IMG/VR virus record: IMGVR_UViG_3300005200_000008
Coordinates: 1-64,000 of that record
DNA length: 64,000 nt
From: a virus
Taxonomy: Duplodnaviria > Caudoviricetes
Direction: 5' to 3' (one strand)
Below the pieces are notes generated by a model, which saw only the letters and a program-made list of their open reading frames with translations, was not told the origin of the DNA and ran no database searches. Position numbers and translations under genes: made by a program. This document shows, piece after piece, positions 54,390-62,173 of the stretch. Positions within the stretch are counted from its first letter, which is position 1; each line of letters opens with the position of its first letter.

Positions 54390-55385
54390 ATGAACGGAAA
54401 AAAAGCCGCAATCTTTCATATAGACCTTGACGGTTTGGGGTGTGCCGTTCTCGAAAAACTTTATCACAAACAACTTGGTTTTGATGAAGTTTATTACCTT
54501 GATTACGGGTGGGAAGAAGATTTGGAAGTGGTCGGCAAACTGTCGCAGTATGCGGAATTGGTGTTTGCCGATATGTCGTGTTCCGAAATGCAATTTGACT
54601 GGTGGAAGACGACGGAAATGGCGGTTACTATTTATGACCACCACGAATCCGCAAAACCGCTTCAAGACAAGCCTGGTTGTACTATCGATGAAACAAGATG
54701 TGGTACTAAAATATTTTGGGACGAGTATGTACTTCCGCGCATTGGGCGCTACCGCCCTATTGTAAAAGATTTTATTGATTTAGTTCAAACGTATGATCTT
54801 TGGCAACTGGATGATCCGTTATGGCCGAAGGCGCTTGATTTGAACAGGGTACTGTACAAATACGCCTGTTGGAATGCGGCTGAATTTGAAAACAAGCACG
54901 AACGCTTTTTCAACTCCATACTGCGAAAACTTATTAATGACAAAGAATTTTTATTCAACTCAACCGAACTGCGGTATATTGCGGAAAGCAAAGAGAAAGA
55001 GGAAGAAGCGTACCAGAGGGCTTTAAGCACTTTGAAGATACGGAAAGACCACTGGGGCAGAACGTTCGGCGTGTTTTTGGCATGGGGGAAAATATCCATA
55101 GTCGCAAGCCGTCTGCTGTATGAAACGCCGGGGATGCCGAAATTTGACTATGTTATTGCCGTGCAAGATTACAACAAAGAATACGGCAAACTTAGTATTC
55201 GCGCAAGGCGGGGCGGTGATTTTTATTGTACGGATTTGGGGCTGTTTAACGGCCACGTCGAAGCCTCCGGCTGCACTTTAACTCCCGATCAGGCTTTGCG
55301 CCTATATAATCAGGATGTTTGTTTTCGATACAAAAGGGAAATCAAAAATGAGGAAGACATTTTTATCGAAAGCGCAGCTGCCTGA
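54390..55385 (+). CDS. DHH-family phosphoesterase
   Basis: FHIDLDG, ADMS, YDHH, FNGH. Confidence 0.85.
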   Translation: MNGKKAAIFHIDLDGLGCAVLEKLYHKQLGFDEVYYLDYGWEEDLEVVGKLSQYAELVFADMSCSEMQFDWWKTTEMAVTIYDHHESAKPLQDKPGCTIDETRCGTKIFWDEYVLPRIGRYRPIVKDFIDLVQTYDLWQLDDPLWPKALDLNRVLYKYACWNAAEFENKHERFFNSILRKLINDKEFLFNSTELRYIAESKEKEEEAYQRALSTLKIRKDHWGRTFGVFLAWGKISIVASRLLYETPGMPKFDYVIAVQDYNKEYGKLSIRARRGGDFYCTDLGLFNGHVEASGCTLTPDQALRLYNQDVCFRYKREIKNEEDIFIESAAA

Positions 55386-55403
55386 ACGTATGGAGGCTAG
55401 TTT

Positions 55404-55985
55404 ATGAAATTTAATACAAGTCCGATACCCAAGAGGGTTTTTAAGGGTATCTTTGAAATTATCGAGTATGTTAGGGAACTGACCGGCGAAAACGATCTTT
55501 CCGGTATACCAGATCGCATAAATCTTAAAGCAATTTCCATCGACCTTAAAGAATCGTGGGTTATTTTCTCGGCCTGTGCTGATGATAAAATGCCGGTTTA
55601 TATTCAAACTCTCGTAAAAAATAATAACGTCGTTCAGGGGTCTGTTCATTGCGGTAACGAAGGCGCGGAGCCGGTAAAAGGCGGGTTTTCGTTTGATATT
55701 TTTATAGATTTGTTCCGCGATGTTCGGCGAATTGAAGAATTCGTTGATACCGTTAAAGGTGCCGACGGCAGTGATATCCGGCAGGTTGTGATTGCGGTAT
55801 ATTTGAATAACGAAGATATGCGGATTACGATATTGAAAGAGGGAGAAGTAAAGGATGCTCCGGTAATCGAAGCGCCTGTTCAACCTGAAAATCCTGTCAT
55901 TGAAGAAACGCCCGACGAATCAGAAACTAATTCTGATAATTCAGATGATGAAAATGAAGATGACGAAAATCCCGCATGGCCGTAA
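55404..55985 (+). CDS. Hypothetical protein with acidic C-terminus
   Basis: 193 aa, GGAGG RBS. Confidence 0.7.
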   Translation: MKFNTSPIPKRVFKGIFEIIEYVRELTGENDLSGIPDRINLKAISIDLKESWVIFSACADDKMPVYIQTLVKNNNVVQGSVHCGNEGAEPVKGGFSFDIFIDLFRDVRRIEEFVDTVKGADGSDIRQVVIAVYLNNEDMRITILKEGEVKDAPVIEAPVQPENPVIEETPDESETNSDNSDDENEDDENPAWP

Positions 55986-56000
55986 AACAAGGATTACAAA

Positions 56001-56573
56001 TTAACTGTATTTTCTTAATATACAGTCTATCCATTCCGGTATTTCCTGCGGTAATTTGAATCTTTGCATTATCTCGGAAAAAGGTACTTGAAATAATTTT
56101 TGTTTTTGATTGCTGGTTAATGCGGTAAGAGTAAATAAAAAAGTAGTCCATTGCTTGTATTGGATGGGATTTTCCTGTTTTGCCAAAGCGTCAGTATATT
56201 CGTCTACAATATTTCTTATATTGATTCCCCACTGTTTTGTTTGAATTTTTTTAATTTTATTTTCAGCGAATAAACCGATAATAATATATTTTCCTTCTTT
56301 GTACTGATAAGGTCTGAGGTCAAAAGAATCTTTTCTGTACCGTTTGTGGTAATTTGGCAGGGTGTGGTCTGATATTCGTATGGTGTATGTTTTGTTTTTA
56401 ATACTGAATAAAATATACTTGGAATCCGATGAAGCGGTTTTGCTTTTCTTTACGGTACATATTACCGCGTATTTGTTTATAATGTCAACAAGGAATTTTG
56501 CCAGTTTGTCAATTTTCGATTTTCCGAGTTGTGCGGAATTGTTTATAGGCTTCATATACCGGCTTAACTCCAA
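56001..56573 (-). CDS. Hypothetical protein
   Basis: 190 aa, AT-rich; SKYILF...TIRISDH. Confidence 0.6.
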   Translation of the reverse strand: MELSRYMKPINNSAQLGKSKIDKLAKFLVDIINKYAVICTVKKSKTASSDSKYILFSIKNKTYTIRISDHTLPNYHKRYRKDSFDLRPYQYKEGKYIIIGLFAENKIKKIQTKQWGINIRNIVDEYTDALAKQENPIQYKQWTTFLFTLTALTSNQKQKLFQVPFSEIMQRFKLPQEIPEWIDCILRKYS

Positions 56574-56976
56574 AATGCAGATTTAGTTTCGGGAACGTCT
56601 CCTCTTTTACCCATCCGGCTTTGCTGAATTCGTGTGAAATTTTCAGCCTTATGTGGGCATCAGTCACGTATATGAAAGTTTTCCATTGGAATAACGGCGC
56701 CTTGATTTCGTACTCGTCAATGTATTGAGCTTTCAAAGTAGCAAGTTTTACGCCTGTTTCTTCGTAGAATTCCCTCCATGCCGTGTGCAGCGCGTTTTCT
56801 TTCGGTTCCGCACTCCCGCCTGGGAAAGTCCATAATCCTTTGCCCGGGTGGTATGCTCGTTTTCCAAGGAAAACGCTGAATGCCCCTTTGGGTTCTTCGC
56901 GGAATAACGCTATTCCCGCACCCTTATAGCCGATGCGTTCATAAAAAGATTGTAGTTCCTCATTAAATAGGATCAT
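56509..56976 (-). CDS. Nudix hydrolase
   Basis: GGSAEPKENALHTAWREFYEETG Nudix box. Confidence 0.9.
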   Translation of the reverse strand: MILFNEELQSFYERIGYKGAGIALFREEPKGAFSVFLGKRAYHPGKGLWTFPGGSAEPKENALHTAWREFYEETGVKLATLKAQYIDEYEIKAPLFQWKTFIYVTDAHIRLKISHEFSKAGWVKEETFPKLNLHFGVKPVYEAYKQFRTTRKIEN

Positions 56977-57045
56977 GCGTATTATTTAGGACTTCCGGTA
57001 TTGTTTTGGGAGTTGCCGTAAGGTGTGTTTTTCGAATTCATTTAC

Positions 57046-57798
57046 TTACCACCATTTAAAAACAAAATGTCCGATAGCCCAAAAACCGCCCGTTACAGCT
57101 ACAGTACCCACGCCAGTCCAGGTCATTGTTGAATTATCCGTCATAATGCCCTGTGTTATTAAAGGAACCCCTACGCCGAAGCCCACGCTGCCGAAAGCAA
57201 AACTGATAGCCGATCCACGCCGGGCTTTTGACACTTCCTGCCGGAGCAGGATAATGTTCGCTTCCGCAAGTTTAGCCTTCTGAAAAATCGAATTGTTCTC
57301 GTCAAGCAATGCCAGCGCCCCTTCTTCGGAGTCTTGGATACGTTCAAGGGCGCAGGCCAAGTTCCATTCTAAGTTGTCGATTATCCTCTTTAATTCCTGC
57401 AACGAGTTCATCAATGCGGTATTGTCTTCTCTCAAGCCTCTCGATAATGTCTGTAGTGTCGTCCACTGTGTTTTCAAACTTTGCAAGTCGGTCATCTGAT
57501 CGTTGAGCAATTTCAGCAATTCGTCCTCGTTCGGTTCGGAGTTCTCTTGCGTCGTCAACGGCTGATTCGACGTTTCTTCGGAGTTCAGCATTATTGTTCT
57601 GTAACTTAACAATGGTATCCCGTTGAGATTCCACAAGTTCAACCAATTCGCTTCCCCCGGCTTCGTCAACAACGGATCGAAGGGCGACGTATTTATTGTA
57701 AAAACAGATTCCGGCAACGGTTCCGCCGACAGCCCATGCAAGCAGAACAGCCAGAACAATAAACTTAAAACGGTTAATTTTGGCTTGGCTGGTTTCAT
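57046..57798 (-). CDS. Spanin-like exported coiled-coil protein with C-terminal TM segments
   Basis: N-terminal signal, central coiled coil, hydrophobic C-terminus; overlaps 57344..57802 in another frame. Confidence 0.55.
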   Translation of the reverse strand: MKPAKPKLTVLSLLFWLFCLHGLSAEPLPESVFTINTSPFDPLLTKPGEANWLNLWNLNGIPLLSYRTIMLNSEETSNQPLTTQENSEPNEDELLKLLNDQMTDLQSLKTQWTTLQTLSRGLREDNTALMNSLQELKRIIDNLEWNLACALERIQDSEEGALALLDENNSIFQKAKLAEANIILLRQEVSKARRGSAISFAFGSVGFGVGVPLITQGIMTDNSTMTWTGVGTVAVTGGFWAIGHFVFKWW

Positions 57799-57802
57799 TC
57801 AT
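57344..57802 (-). CDS. i-spanin (Rz)-like protein
   Basis: N-terminal TM plus long coiled coil; follows holin and endolysin. Confidence 0.65.
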   Translation of the reverse strand: MNETSQAKINRFKFIVLAVLLAWAVGGTVAGICFYNKYVALRSVVDEAGGSELVELVESQRDTIVKLQNNNAELRRNVESAVDDARELRTERGRIAEIAQRSDDRLAKFENTVDDTTDIIERLERRQYRIDELVAGIKEDNRQLRMELGLRP

Positions 57803-57811
57803 AACCCATCC

Positions 57812-58144
57812 TTATTTTTTGAATCCGGCAGCCGCGCTTACGATTCCTTTTATGTCTTCCCAAGTCGTGAAAAATAAAAGGATTATGCACGATACTAAAA
57901 AAGCAATGCACGGTATGAACATTGGAATAAAAACTTTCCAATCGATAGAAGCGGCCGCGTTTACGGCGGCAGCCGCTTCAGTAGCCGGTGTTTCAACCGG
58001 AGTAACGGCTTTCAGAATGATAATCAGCGCGAAAACAGCCGCGCCGATAGCCGACAGCAGGCAAAGCGCCGCCGCTAACCGCCTCATTGACAACGGCCCG
58101 GGAGTTCCGTCTTCTTTATTCGCTTCTCTTAAAAAACTAAACAT
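57812..58144 (-). CDS. Putative holin
   Basis: 110 aa, two TM segments, basic C-terminus, next to endolysin. Confidence 0.6.
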   Translation of the reverse strand: MFSFLREANKEDGTPGPLSMRRLAAALCLLSAIGAAVFALIIILKAVTPVETPATEAAAAVNAAASIDWKVFIPMFIPCIAFLVSCIILLFFTTWEDIKGIVSAAAGFKK

Positions 58145-58736
58145 TTAAAGCCTCCAATAATTTGTTTACCCGTTCTTTAAATTCCGTAAAGAGGGCGGGA
58201 TTATTTGTCCAAAGCCGGGGGCAGTCTTTCCACCCCACAATTTCATGGTGGGTGGTTAAAGCGTCTGCCGGCAGTTTGTTCCGGTGCAGAATGTCGGCGG
58301 CAAGTTCTGCGGCGGCTTGCAAAGTCGCTTCGCTGAAATCGCCGGGGTTGTTGTTGAGATGGCTCATTTCGATTCCGATGGAGAAAAAGTTCGGCGTTAT
58401 CCAGTATCCGTTCGGCGTTTTTCCGGCAAACGCTTCGGGCCCAAGCAGCGCCCTTGCCTTATCGGTGTATATCCGTCCCGATGCGGGATCGGCTTGTGAT
58501 GATCCGACATGGTAGCCGATTTCGTTCTCAGGTAGCGTCTGCATGACGGTTCCGTCGGTGCCGATCACGTAGTGGGCAGATCCTATCGCTTGTTCGCTTT
58601 CCCACCAACTTCTTGTATTAACCGGTTTCTGGTTTGGCGCCGCCAGCCAGTGCATGACAATCATTTTCAATTTGATTATCTTTTCGCCGGGGCGGTTTTT
58701 CTTTCCCAAGGTAAGTAAGTTTTCAGTTATGTTCAT
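58137..58736 (-). CDS. Endolysin, N-acetylmuramoyl-L-alanine amidase (Amidase_2)
   Basis: IVMHW, SAHYVIG, GYHVG, SIGIE, HHEI..KDCP. Confidence 0.92.
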   Translation of the reverse strand: MNITENLLTLGKKNRPGEKIIKLKMIVMHWLAAPNQKPVNTRSWWESEQAIGSAHYVIGTDGTVMQTLPENEIGYHVGSSQADPASGRIYTDKARALLGPEAFAGKTPNGYWITPNFFSIGIEMSHLNNNPGDFSEATLQAAAELAADILHRNKLPADALTTHHEIVGWKDCPRLWTNNPALFTEFKERVNKLLEALNV

Positions 58737-58926
58737 CTTTGCCTTCTCCTTCTCTTTTGTAAAATTTGTCGCCTGTCAGTTCAAAAAGGATGTTGTCTAT
58801 TTTCGCTTTCGCGTTAATGGCGGGTTCTCTGTATTTTTCAATGTTGTAAAACATATTTCTTATAAGATTTATATGTTCATATAATTCTTTGAGGTCAGAA
58901 ATTAGTTTTTCAGTTTCGTAGGTCAT
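58723..58926 (-). CDS. Hypothetical protein
   Basis: 67 aa, upstream of endolysin. Confidence 0.55.
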   Translation of the reverse strand: MTYETEKLISDLKELYEHINLIRNMFYNIEKYREPAINAKAKIDNILFELTGDKFYKREGEGKDEHN

Positions 58927-59063
58927 TGTTATTTTCCTTAAAGAACCGCTATATTACCAACGGGCATTGTTGAAAGATCAGCTTTTATTACGCCCTGCAT
59001 TATTCTTTCTGTCTCTGAAATAAATAGGGAATTTTGAATTAAAAACTTAAATTGCGGGGTCGC

Positions 59064-59071
59064 GCCTATTT
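59064..59071 (+). promoter_or_regulatory. Putative late promoter for tail/DGR-target operon (divergent partner CCCTATTT at 59022-59029 toward lysis genes)
   Basis: GCCTATTT then GGAG RBS and GTG 59086. Confidence 0.6.
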
Positions 59072-59085
59072 ATTCGGAGATATAA

Positions 59086-59868
59086 GTGGCCAAAATACCG
59101 TCAGTCGGAGCCGTTAAAGATTACGTCAAAAATTTCACCGCAAAACTACGGGCATTCCGAAAATGGGATAAAGATTTCCAATATGAGCCTGATGACCCTA
59201 CTTATTACAGGGGGAAATTCTACTACGCGAATCCCGACAACCCGCCTGATAAAGGGCAAGACCCTGAAAGCTTTATAGACCGTTGGAATTTAATGACCGG
59301 CGGGGGTGAAGGCGGCGCGGTTCAGACGATACGCCGCAGGATAAAGGTTGCGCGTCCGGGGGTTAAGGTTCTGAACATTAAAAACGATCTTAACCTTTCC
59401 GAAAGCCTTCAATACCGCATTACTCCCGTGCTTGCTTCAAACTATCAGTATTTCCGGCATATTTTCGTGGAACGGCGCGGGGATGATTTGTGGATTTATC
59501 TGTATTCGGATACCGAGCCGTACACTTATCCCCGCATTGGCTATCTTTACGGTTCCACCGTCGGAACCAATGTAAAAATCGGGAGCAAACTGGTAGGCAC
59601 TTTTTACCTCGGCAGGGTTCGCCCCGTTGAGGAAATCCCGCCTCCGTTGGAAACAGAACTGGTGGTCGGCGCGGAACTTATAGTCGGCCAGTTTATTGTC
59701 GGTTATGTTCCTGAACCTGAAAAAAATATTGTGATGGTCGGCGATCTTATCGTCGGGCTGTTTATTGTCGGTCAGAAAATGCAGGAGGAGGAAGATGTCG
59801 AGGAAGAAACGCCCGACGAGGAACTCCCGGGCATTTTTATAGATTTATTTATCCAGAGGGAGGTTTAA
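59086..59868 (+). CDS. Putative tail/baseplate-associated protein
   Basis: Repeated LxVGxFxxG motifs; upstream of DGR target. Confidence 0.45.
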   Translation: MAKIPSVGAVKDYVKNFTAKLRAFRKWDKDFQYEPDDPTYYRGKFYYANPDNPPDKGQDPESFIDRWNLMTGGGEGGAVQTIRRRIKVARPGVKVLNIKNDLNLSESLQYRITPVLASNYQYFRHIFVERRGDDLWIYLYSDTEPYTYPRIGYLYGSTVGTNVKIGSKLVGTFYLGRVRPVEEIPPPLETELVVGAELIVGQFIVGYVPEPEKNIVMVGDLIVGLFIVGQKMQEEEDVEEETPDEELPGIFIDLFIQREV

Positions 59869-59870
59869 CT

Positions 59871-60158
59871 GTGGTAGGTATTCCGCAAACTATCAACACG
59901 AAGCAGGATTGGCTCAATACGTTTAATTACGTCGCCGCCGATGCTTTGAACGTTGATAAGAAAAAACAATTTGTTTCTTCGCTGAAAGCTCTTAAAAGTA
60001 CCGGTTCCATGCTCGTACTGAAATCAGGCGCGGCGAAAAAAGATCCGGAGGATCAGACCCCAGAAGATTTTGAATCGGTCATAGACCCGAATTCTTCTTT
60101 GGCTAGGTCTGGTCTCACCATTGCCGACATTGACGCGATGATCGCCCAGTTGTCATAA
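59871..60158 (+). CDS. Hypothetical protein (tail-fibre cassette)
   Basis: 95 aa, GGGAGG RBS, GTG start. Confidence 0.6.
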   Translation: MVGIPQTINTKQDWLNTFNYVAADALNVDKKKQFVSSLKALKSTGSMLVLKSGAAKKDPEDQTPEDFESVIDPNSSLARSGLTIADIDAMIAQLS

Positions 60159-60172
60159 AAAGGAGAGTTACA

Positions 60173-61369
60173 ATGCTTCAAAGATTTATTCTGGACAATG
60201 TAAGCCGCGCCGACGATGCTTTGTTCAGTAACATGCTGAATTATTCTGTCAAGGACAGCGTTATCCTTGCCAAGAAAAATCCGTTCAGTTATACGCAAAA
60301 CGTTTTGCTGGTAAAGGCGAGCAATATTTTAACGCTGAAAAACAGCCTTTGGAAAAGTTATATTCTGACCGACGATGTGGAACTGACGGTCGCCAATTTA
60401 GACCAAGGCTCCACTTTCCAAGTCGGGAAGGATTATTACGTTTACCTGGTTGACGACGGCAATACGAACGGTAAATTCCTTATCAGCCTTAACAGCACGT
60501 TCCCGCAGGGTTATACCGCAGAGAACACCCGGAAAATCGGCGGTTTCCATTACGGGCATATTCGTGCGGTTTCTTCTGACTGGGTGCCGGTTGATCCTTC
60601 CGGTGTGAAATACGGCACCGGTAGCAACGGCTGGCAGAAAAACGTTACCGTCGGCATTGTGCCGAACAGCGTGTGGGATCTGAATAACCGTCCCAAATGC
60701 GCCCCCGAAGGCATGGTCAAGGTCGGGAACCTGTGGCTCGATATTTATATAGCGAGCGCCGAGGAAGCCATTGCCGTGGAAGGCGATGCGACCCTTGGGG
60801 CGGTTACGACCGGCAAACTTCAATCCAAATACGGCCAGATCCCCGTCACCGGTACTGAAAAATTGACGTGGTATTCTTTCCAGGAACTCGCCGCAAGAGT
60901 CGGAAAGCGTCTCCCCTCCTATGGAGAGTGGATCGGTGCGGCTTTCGGAAATCCCGGCGGTCAGGATGCCGCCGATGATTACGGCTGGACGAAAACAGCC
61001 AACACAGCCCGCGCCAGAACGGGTTGTCGTGTGGATAATACAACCGGGGAATACAGCGCCGGAGCGGGTATAAAACCCTATGCTATCAGTGCTTATAACC
61101 TTGTGGATTGTGTCGGCAATGTTTGGGAGTGGCTGGACGAATTTTCATATCGTCAAGACGGAAATGCGGCTGGTTGGACATGGCGTAATGTTTTGGGTGC
61201 TGATAAAGGTCAGGCACATTTATACAATGATGTTGGTCTCGTTGCTTTACTTGCCGGTGGCCGCTGGAACGATGGCGTGAGTTGTGGTTCTCGTGCCGTG
61301 GATGCGGCCGATTATCCCTGGTACTCGTACTCGAGCCACGGTGGGCGTCTCGTCTGTGATAGCCTGTAG
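60173..61369 (+). CDS. DGR target protein: Mtd-like receptor-binding protein with C-terminal CLec (FGE-type) domain
   Basis: WLDIY, GKRLP..EW..AA, DCVGNVWEW, GGRWN...GGRLVCD; carries VR. Confidence 0.92.
   Translation: MLQRFILDNVSRADDALFSNMLNYSVKDSVILAKKNPFSYTQNVLLVKASNILTLKNSLWKSYILTDDVELTVANLDQGSTFQVGKDYYVYLVDDGNTNGKFLISLNSTFPQGYTAENTRKIGGFHYGHIRAVSSDWVPVDPSGVKYGTGSNGWQKNVTVGIVPNSVWDLNNRPKCAPEGMVKVGNLWLDIYIASAEEAIAVEGDATLGAVTTGKLQSKYGQIPVTGTEKLTWYSFQELAARVGKRLPSYGEWIGAAFGNPGGQDAADDYGWTKTANTARARTGCRVDNTTGEYSAGAGIKPYAISAYNLVDCVGNVWEWLDEFSYRQDGNAAGWTWRNVLGADKGQAHLYNDVGLVALLAGGRWNDGVSCGSRAVDAADYPWYSYSSHGGRLVCDSL
61255..61360 (+). repeat. DGR variable repeat (VR)
   Basis: 106 nt, 92/106 identical to TR; all 14 differences at TR A positions. 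Confidence 0.97.
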
Positions 61370-61426
61370 TCTGAAATCTGAATTTCTGGTTTCTGCCAAT
61401 CACGGAAACCAGAAATTTAGTTCAGA
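61370..61426 (+). promoter_or_regulatory. DGR target-recognition hairpin downstream of VR/IMH
   Basis: AATTTCTGGTTTC/GAAACCAGAAATT 13-bp stem plus outer TCTGAA/TTCAGA. Confidence 0.8.
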
Positions 61427-61536
61427 AAAAAACGTAGAAATCGATCAATTTAAAAACTAACCGGAAATTCTTTTATAGGTAAGCTTTATTAATTTTTAAG
61501 ATTCCCCCTCGTAAATTCATAAAACGGGGGAAATTT

Positions 61537-61544
61537 GCCTATTT
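61537..61544 (+). promoter_or_regulatory. Putative late promoter for avd-TR-RT
   Basis: GCCTATTT 8 nt before AAGGAGGT RBS. Confidence 0.6.
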
Positions 61545-61564
61545 CTTATAGCAAGGAGGTTTTT

Positions 61565-61918
61565 ACGGCAAATAACAATTTTATCCTATTGCAAAAAGCA
61601 GAGGACTTCGCCGACTATTTTTTTCCGATAGTAGACAGGTTCCCAAAATATGAAAAATTTGCTCTTTGCACGGAAATTAAAAATGATTGTTATTCATTAA
61701 TCCGGCTTATTTATTTAATGAATAAAGTCCGTGATAAAAAAGAACGTTTGATGAAGCTTGAAGAAATAGACTCCTATATCGCATTGATTAGGTTTCTTAT
61801 TCGTCATAGTTACAACAGAAAATACCTCGCCATGAACAGCTACGAGACAGCCGGAAAGATGATTGACGAGGTAGGACGCATTATCGGTGCGTTCATAAAG
61901 GAGTGCAATACAAATTAA
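61565..61918 (+). CDS. avd: DGR accessory variability determinant (four-helix bundle); apparent ACG start
   Basis: FPKYEKFALCTEIK...L.EID.....LRFLIR...YL....YE.....IDEVGRIIGAFIK; between VR and TR. Confidence 0.9.
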   Translation, partial: TANNNFILLQKAEDFADYFFPIVDRFPKYEKFALCTEIKNDCYSLIRLIYLMNKVRDKKERLMKLEEIDSYIALIRFLIRHSYNRKYLAMNSYETAGKMIDEVGRIIGAFIKECNTN

Positions 61919-61920
61919 TA

Positions 61921-62026
61921 CGGTGGCAACTGGAACAATGGCGTGAATTGTGGTTCTCGTGCCGTGAATGCGAACAATTATCCCTGGAACACGAACACGA
62001 ACAACGGTGGGCGTCTCGTCTGTGAT
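61921..62026 (+). repeat. DGR template repeat (TR)
   Basis: AAC/AAT-rich copy of VR between avd and RT; IMH* diverges after TGTGAT. Confidence 0.97.
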
Positions 62027-62173
62027 GGTAATAATTTTGGAGACAATGGTTATTACGGTAATCATTGCAGTGATAGAAAATTACTATCAGATTGCAGTCC
62101 TTGTCTGAGTGGCAAAAATATGAGGGCATCCTTCTTACGAGTCGGATGCCGTTTTTTTCCTATTTAGTGTGGT

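Noticed and set aside
1-60172. Second DGR target (extra VR)
   Set aside because: TR signature strings (TGGTTCTCGTGCCGTG, GGTGGGCGTCTCGTC) were found only in VR and TR by eye; remote targets outside the window cannot be excluded.
61535-61537. TTG start for avd
   Set aside because: No RBS, overlaps the late motif, and the AAGGAGGT RBS lies downstream of it.
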